Source: Torpedo marmorata (taxonomy: Eukaryota). Taken from it: 64,000 bases of DNA. How positions within the stretch are numbered: position 1 is the stretch's first letter; every line of letters starts with the position of its first letter. Where the stretch lies: assembly GCA_977017645.1 (NCBI GenBank), contig OZ360243.1:35216001-35280000 (forward strand). Reading direction: 5' to 3'. The position numbers and the translations under genes are program-made. Positions 60,281-64,000 of the stretch are shown here, in pieces. The notes under the pieces were generated by a model that worked only from the letters and a program-made list of their open reading frames with translations, ran no database searches and was not told the origin of the DNA.

Positions 60281-63200
60281 TGTTACTTATTCAAATCAGC
60301 AACGACAGAAGACGCAATGCAAAAGGGGTAAAATTGAAATTTATATTTATTAAAGAGAATTAAACATAATTTCTTAACAATTAACCCCACTTTTAACCTC
60401 TAAAGACACAATTTTTATCTAAAGAGTGTGTGTGTGTGTGTGTAAGTGTGTAAGTGTGTAAGTGTGTGTGTGTGTGTGTGTGTAAAGCCCAGACCATTAC
60501 AGTCTGTGCCCGACTCTCATGTAAAAATGGAAGACCTTCCCCAAAACCCCCAGGTCAGTCATAAAAATAAGTCAGTCCCAAAAATACAGTCCACAAAAAT
60601 CACTCTCTATGTTCAGGATCCAAATTCAGCTCTGTGTGCTGGCACAAAGGACTTCTTAATGAACGTTGGAGAGAGAGACAATGAATGTTTATGCTTATGA
60701 ATGCTTGGCCTGCTTTTCTTCTCTGATGGCTCCCTTTTGTTAGGTATACGAGGATTGCTGTTCCAAATCAGTTTTGATTGAGGCGTATACTTGGATCTCA
60801 CAGCCTGTCTCGCTGATCTCACGCGTGTTCTCTACGAAAGTTGATTTAAATCAGGATTTTGCTGATGCAGGAGGCCATGTGCTATTCTCCCAGCCTTTCT
60901 CCCTGGAATGCACAAGCTTGCATTTGGCTGTGTTGTTCCAGCCTCTTGCAACTCCAAAACTGGATGCTTTTTTGCAGAGATTTGCACCTGCTTTTGCAAA
61001 AGTGCAACAAAATATCTTTCCACAGCCTGTCTCTGTCTTTCTTTCTCTCTCTCTCTGAGCACAACCAGTTTCAGTACCTGGTACCAGTGTGTACTCCAAA
61101 AGACTTCATCTTTCCTGCTGACCGTACGCAGTCCAAATGGTCAGTCATGGTCCATAACACCTCCCACCCACAAAGAAAATGTTGGGCTGAAAGAACAAAA
61201 TTTTGGAAATTAATTGAGGTGTCACAATATAAACAAAACCCACAACGTTCATCCACAAACACAAAATATGAACTATTTTCATTAATAAAGTTTAGCATCT
61301 AGAAAGACAATCAGCGATTACATTATTTTTCCTTTTTATATGTGTTATTATTAAATCATATTCTTGCAAAATTAGACTCCAATTCAAAACCATCGATTCT
61401 TATTTTTCATTTTACAAAGAAAAACCAATGGATTATGGTCAGTATACACTATGAGTGGTTTTTGAGCTGTACAGATATACACATCAAAGTGTTATTCTGC
61501 CAACACAAGAGCTAACAACTCTTTATCTATGATTGAATAATTCCTTTGATGGTCATTGAACTTCTTCGAGAAGTAAGATACCGGATGGTCAATGTCCTCT
61601 TCGTTCTTCCTCTGTAACATCACCGCACCCACAGCTTCGTCGCTGGCATCCACGGCTAAAGAAAATGGCTGTTCTAAATTAGGTGACTAAAGCACAGGTT
61701 GGTGGCATAAAATGGCTTTCAATTTGACAAATTCTTCCTGACAACCTGTCGACTATACAATTTTTTTTCCCTTTATAAGCAAATTTATGAGAGAGAGTGA
61801 AAGAACTGCAAAGATTTTACAGAACTTGCGGTAGTAGCCAATCATTCCCAGGAACCTCCTCGGAGTTTTCTTACCTGTTGGAACCAGGAACTCGGAAATA
61901 GTCACAACCTTGGCCTCTAGTGGCGCCAACTGCCCCTGTCCTACAACATAACCTAGATAAATAACAGTGCCGTGACCCTCTCTGAAACTGGTTCTATCTG
62001 TCTCCTCCTTACCCCGGTCGATAACCAACACCTCTGGTAAATGTTCAGTCTCTTTGTGCGGCACCTGCTCAAAATATGGCTTAATCATATTCACATGACA
62101 GACCTGTGTGTCTCGTCTGCGATTAGGTGTTTCTATGACATAGGTGACCTCATTAATTTTTGACTTAACTCTAAAGGGTCCTGAAAATCTAGCCCTAAGA
62201 AGATTTGAATGTGTGGGAAACAGAACTAATACATTCTCACCAGGTTTAATAGTTCTCATCTAGGCCTTTCGATCATACCAAACCTTCATTCTCTGTTGAG
62301 TGGCCTTTAAAGTCTCCTTTGCCATCTCACAAGCTTGATGCAACCGATCTTTAAATTTGGAAACATAATCCAATAGATTTAAATGCACATCACTATTAAT
62401 CCACTGTTCTTTTATTAACCTTAAAGGACCTCTCACCTCATGTCCGAAAAATAACTGATTCTTGGACAGACTCCCTCACTGAAAATAACAACAAATTAAT
62501 CCCCTCATCCCAATCCTTTTCCTTCTCACAACAATAAGTTCTAATCATGTTTTTCAAAGTCGAATGGAACCTCTCCAAGGCCCCTTGACTTTCTGGATGG
62601 TACGCAGAGGATACAATGTGTTTAACTCCCAGTCCATCAACCACTTGTTGGAATATGCCGGACATGAAATTACTACCCTGTTGTGATTTAATTTCCCTTG
62701 GCAAACCTACCAAGGTGAAAAGCTTTACCATAGCCTTTACAATTGACTTTGCTTTAATGTTTCCCAGAGGAATGGCCTCTGGAAATCTGGTAGCTGCACA
62801 CATAATTGTTAACAAATATGCATTCCCTGCTTTGGTTTTGGGCAATGGGCCAACACAGTCCACAATCACTCTCAAGAAAGGCTCACTGAAAGCAGGGATA
62901 GGTTGCAAGGGTGCCACCGGGGGACCCTGATTAGGTTTACCCACTACCTGACAACTGTGACAGGCCCGGCAAAAGCTTACAACCTCCCTTCTCAAACTGG
63001 GCCAATTAAATTGTTTCATTATCTTTTGTATAGTTTTCTTCACCCCAAGGTGACCACCTAAGGGTGTGCTATGAGCCAAAGTTATTATTTCGTTCCTATA
63101 TACTTTAGGGATCACAACCTGCTGCACTACTGCCCATTCTTCACTGGCAGGAACATCACATTGTCTCCACTTTCTCATCAGCACCCCATCTTTTTCATAA

Positions 63201-64000
63201 TAACCCACTGGCACCTTCTTAATCTCCTCTTCAGAGAGAAATTTATCTCTCACTTCAGCAAGATCAGGATCCTCCTTTTGCCTTGCTGTTAGCCTCTGTC
63301 TGGATAGTGACAAACAAGTGCCTTTAGGTGTCTTATCAGTGTATGGGTGTAACACAGGAGATTGCTCAACCTTTTCCAGGTGTTTTTGATTATCACCGAC
63401 TTTTTCTTTCACCAATTTATTTTCCACTGCCTTCTCTACAGTGACATTTTTCTTGGACATGGCCCTGGTTATGGCACATGCCGGATAAATATCAGAGTCC
63501 TTCTCTGACTTATCAATGACTGGCTTTGTGGTAATTTTCACTGCAGGAACTACTTTACCCTCAGCCAAGTCATTGCCTAGCAAAAGTGAGACTCCTACTG
63601 GCAACTCTGTTCTCACTCCTATTATAACAGGTCCTTCTTCCAAGGCTGAGTTCAACACTATTTTGTGCAAAGGAATGGACTCAACATCACCCCCAATTCC
63701 TTTAATTAAATTCATTTCACCGGTGTCAGTGGCTTCACAAAATTCCAAGACACTATTTAACACAAGTGACTGAGCAGCTCCAGTATCTCGCAAGATTTTC
63801 ACTGGAACTTGCTTTGATCCTGCCTTAACTGAAACAAAACCATCAGTCACAAAAGATTTAAATACATCCCTAACTTTGTCAGTAAATTTGTCTCCTTCCT
63901 GGGTGTTATGCCTCTTCTCACTCTGAATACAAGCATGAGGTGTTGCATCCTTTTCTCTCTTCTTTTTCAACACTGGACAACTTGCTAGCATATGACTAGC
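60281..64000 (-). mobile_element. Second Gmr1-type Gypsy element (3' LTR 60281-61159, RH, IN, PR), RT deleted, continues off the right edge
   Basis: LTR TGTTAC..CCATAACA with (TG)n at 60427-60482; PPT at 61160-61169; ORF 62438-63991 (LRDTGA, HSTPLGGHLG, CHSC, VDCVGPLP); collinear with 32886-36510. Confidence 0.95.

Noticed and set aside
60774-61302. Multiple overlapping ORFs in the second Gmr1 LTR, a possible env or accessory gene
   Set aside because: Lie within the LTR, not conserved in the sister element's LTR, no env motifs

Overview
Eukaryotic, AT-rich, CpG-depleted vertebrate DNA, most likely from a cartilaginous fish (inferred from HE1/V-SINE- and SacSINE1-like SINEs plus CR1, Rex1/Babar, L1/Tx1 and Penelope repeats typical of sharks and rays). 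More than half of the window is transposable elements, often nested: a 5'-truncated Gypsy, a full-length decayed Gmr1-type Gypsy (integrase before RT, tRNA-Pro PBS, 32189-38530), a second Gmr1 relative with its RT cleanly deleted (60281-end), several L1/Tx1, CR1, Rex1 and Penelope copies, a pogo (DD35D) transposon with a nearly complete transposase, and Tigger, Chapaev-like and Harbinger-like non-autonomous elements. I could not identify any host protein-coding gene. The main non-repeat feature is a small CpG-rich segment at about 4.5-5.0 kb that looks like a bidirectional promoter: GTAAGT donors on both strands, and a 51-bp near-perfect inverted repeat carrying two opposed ZNF143/Staf-type sites among further palindromes. 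Family names come from motif recognition only, not database searches. Most short ORFs in the track are spurious. I cannot show a new biological system; the best leads are listed as findings.
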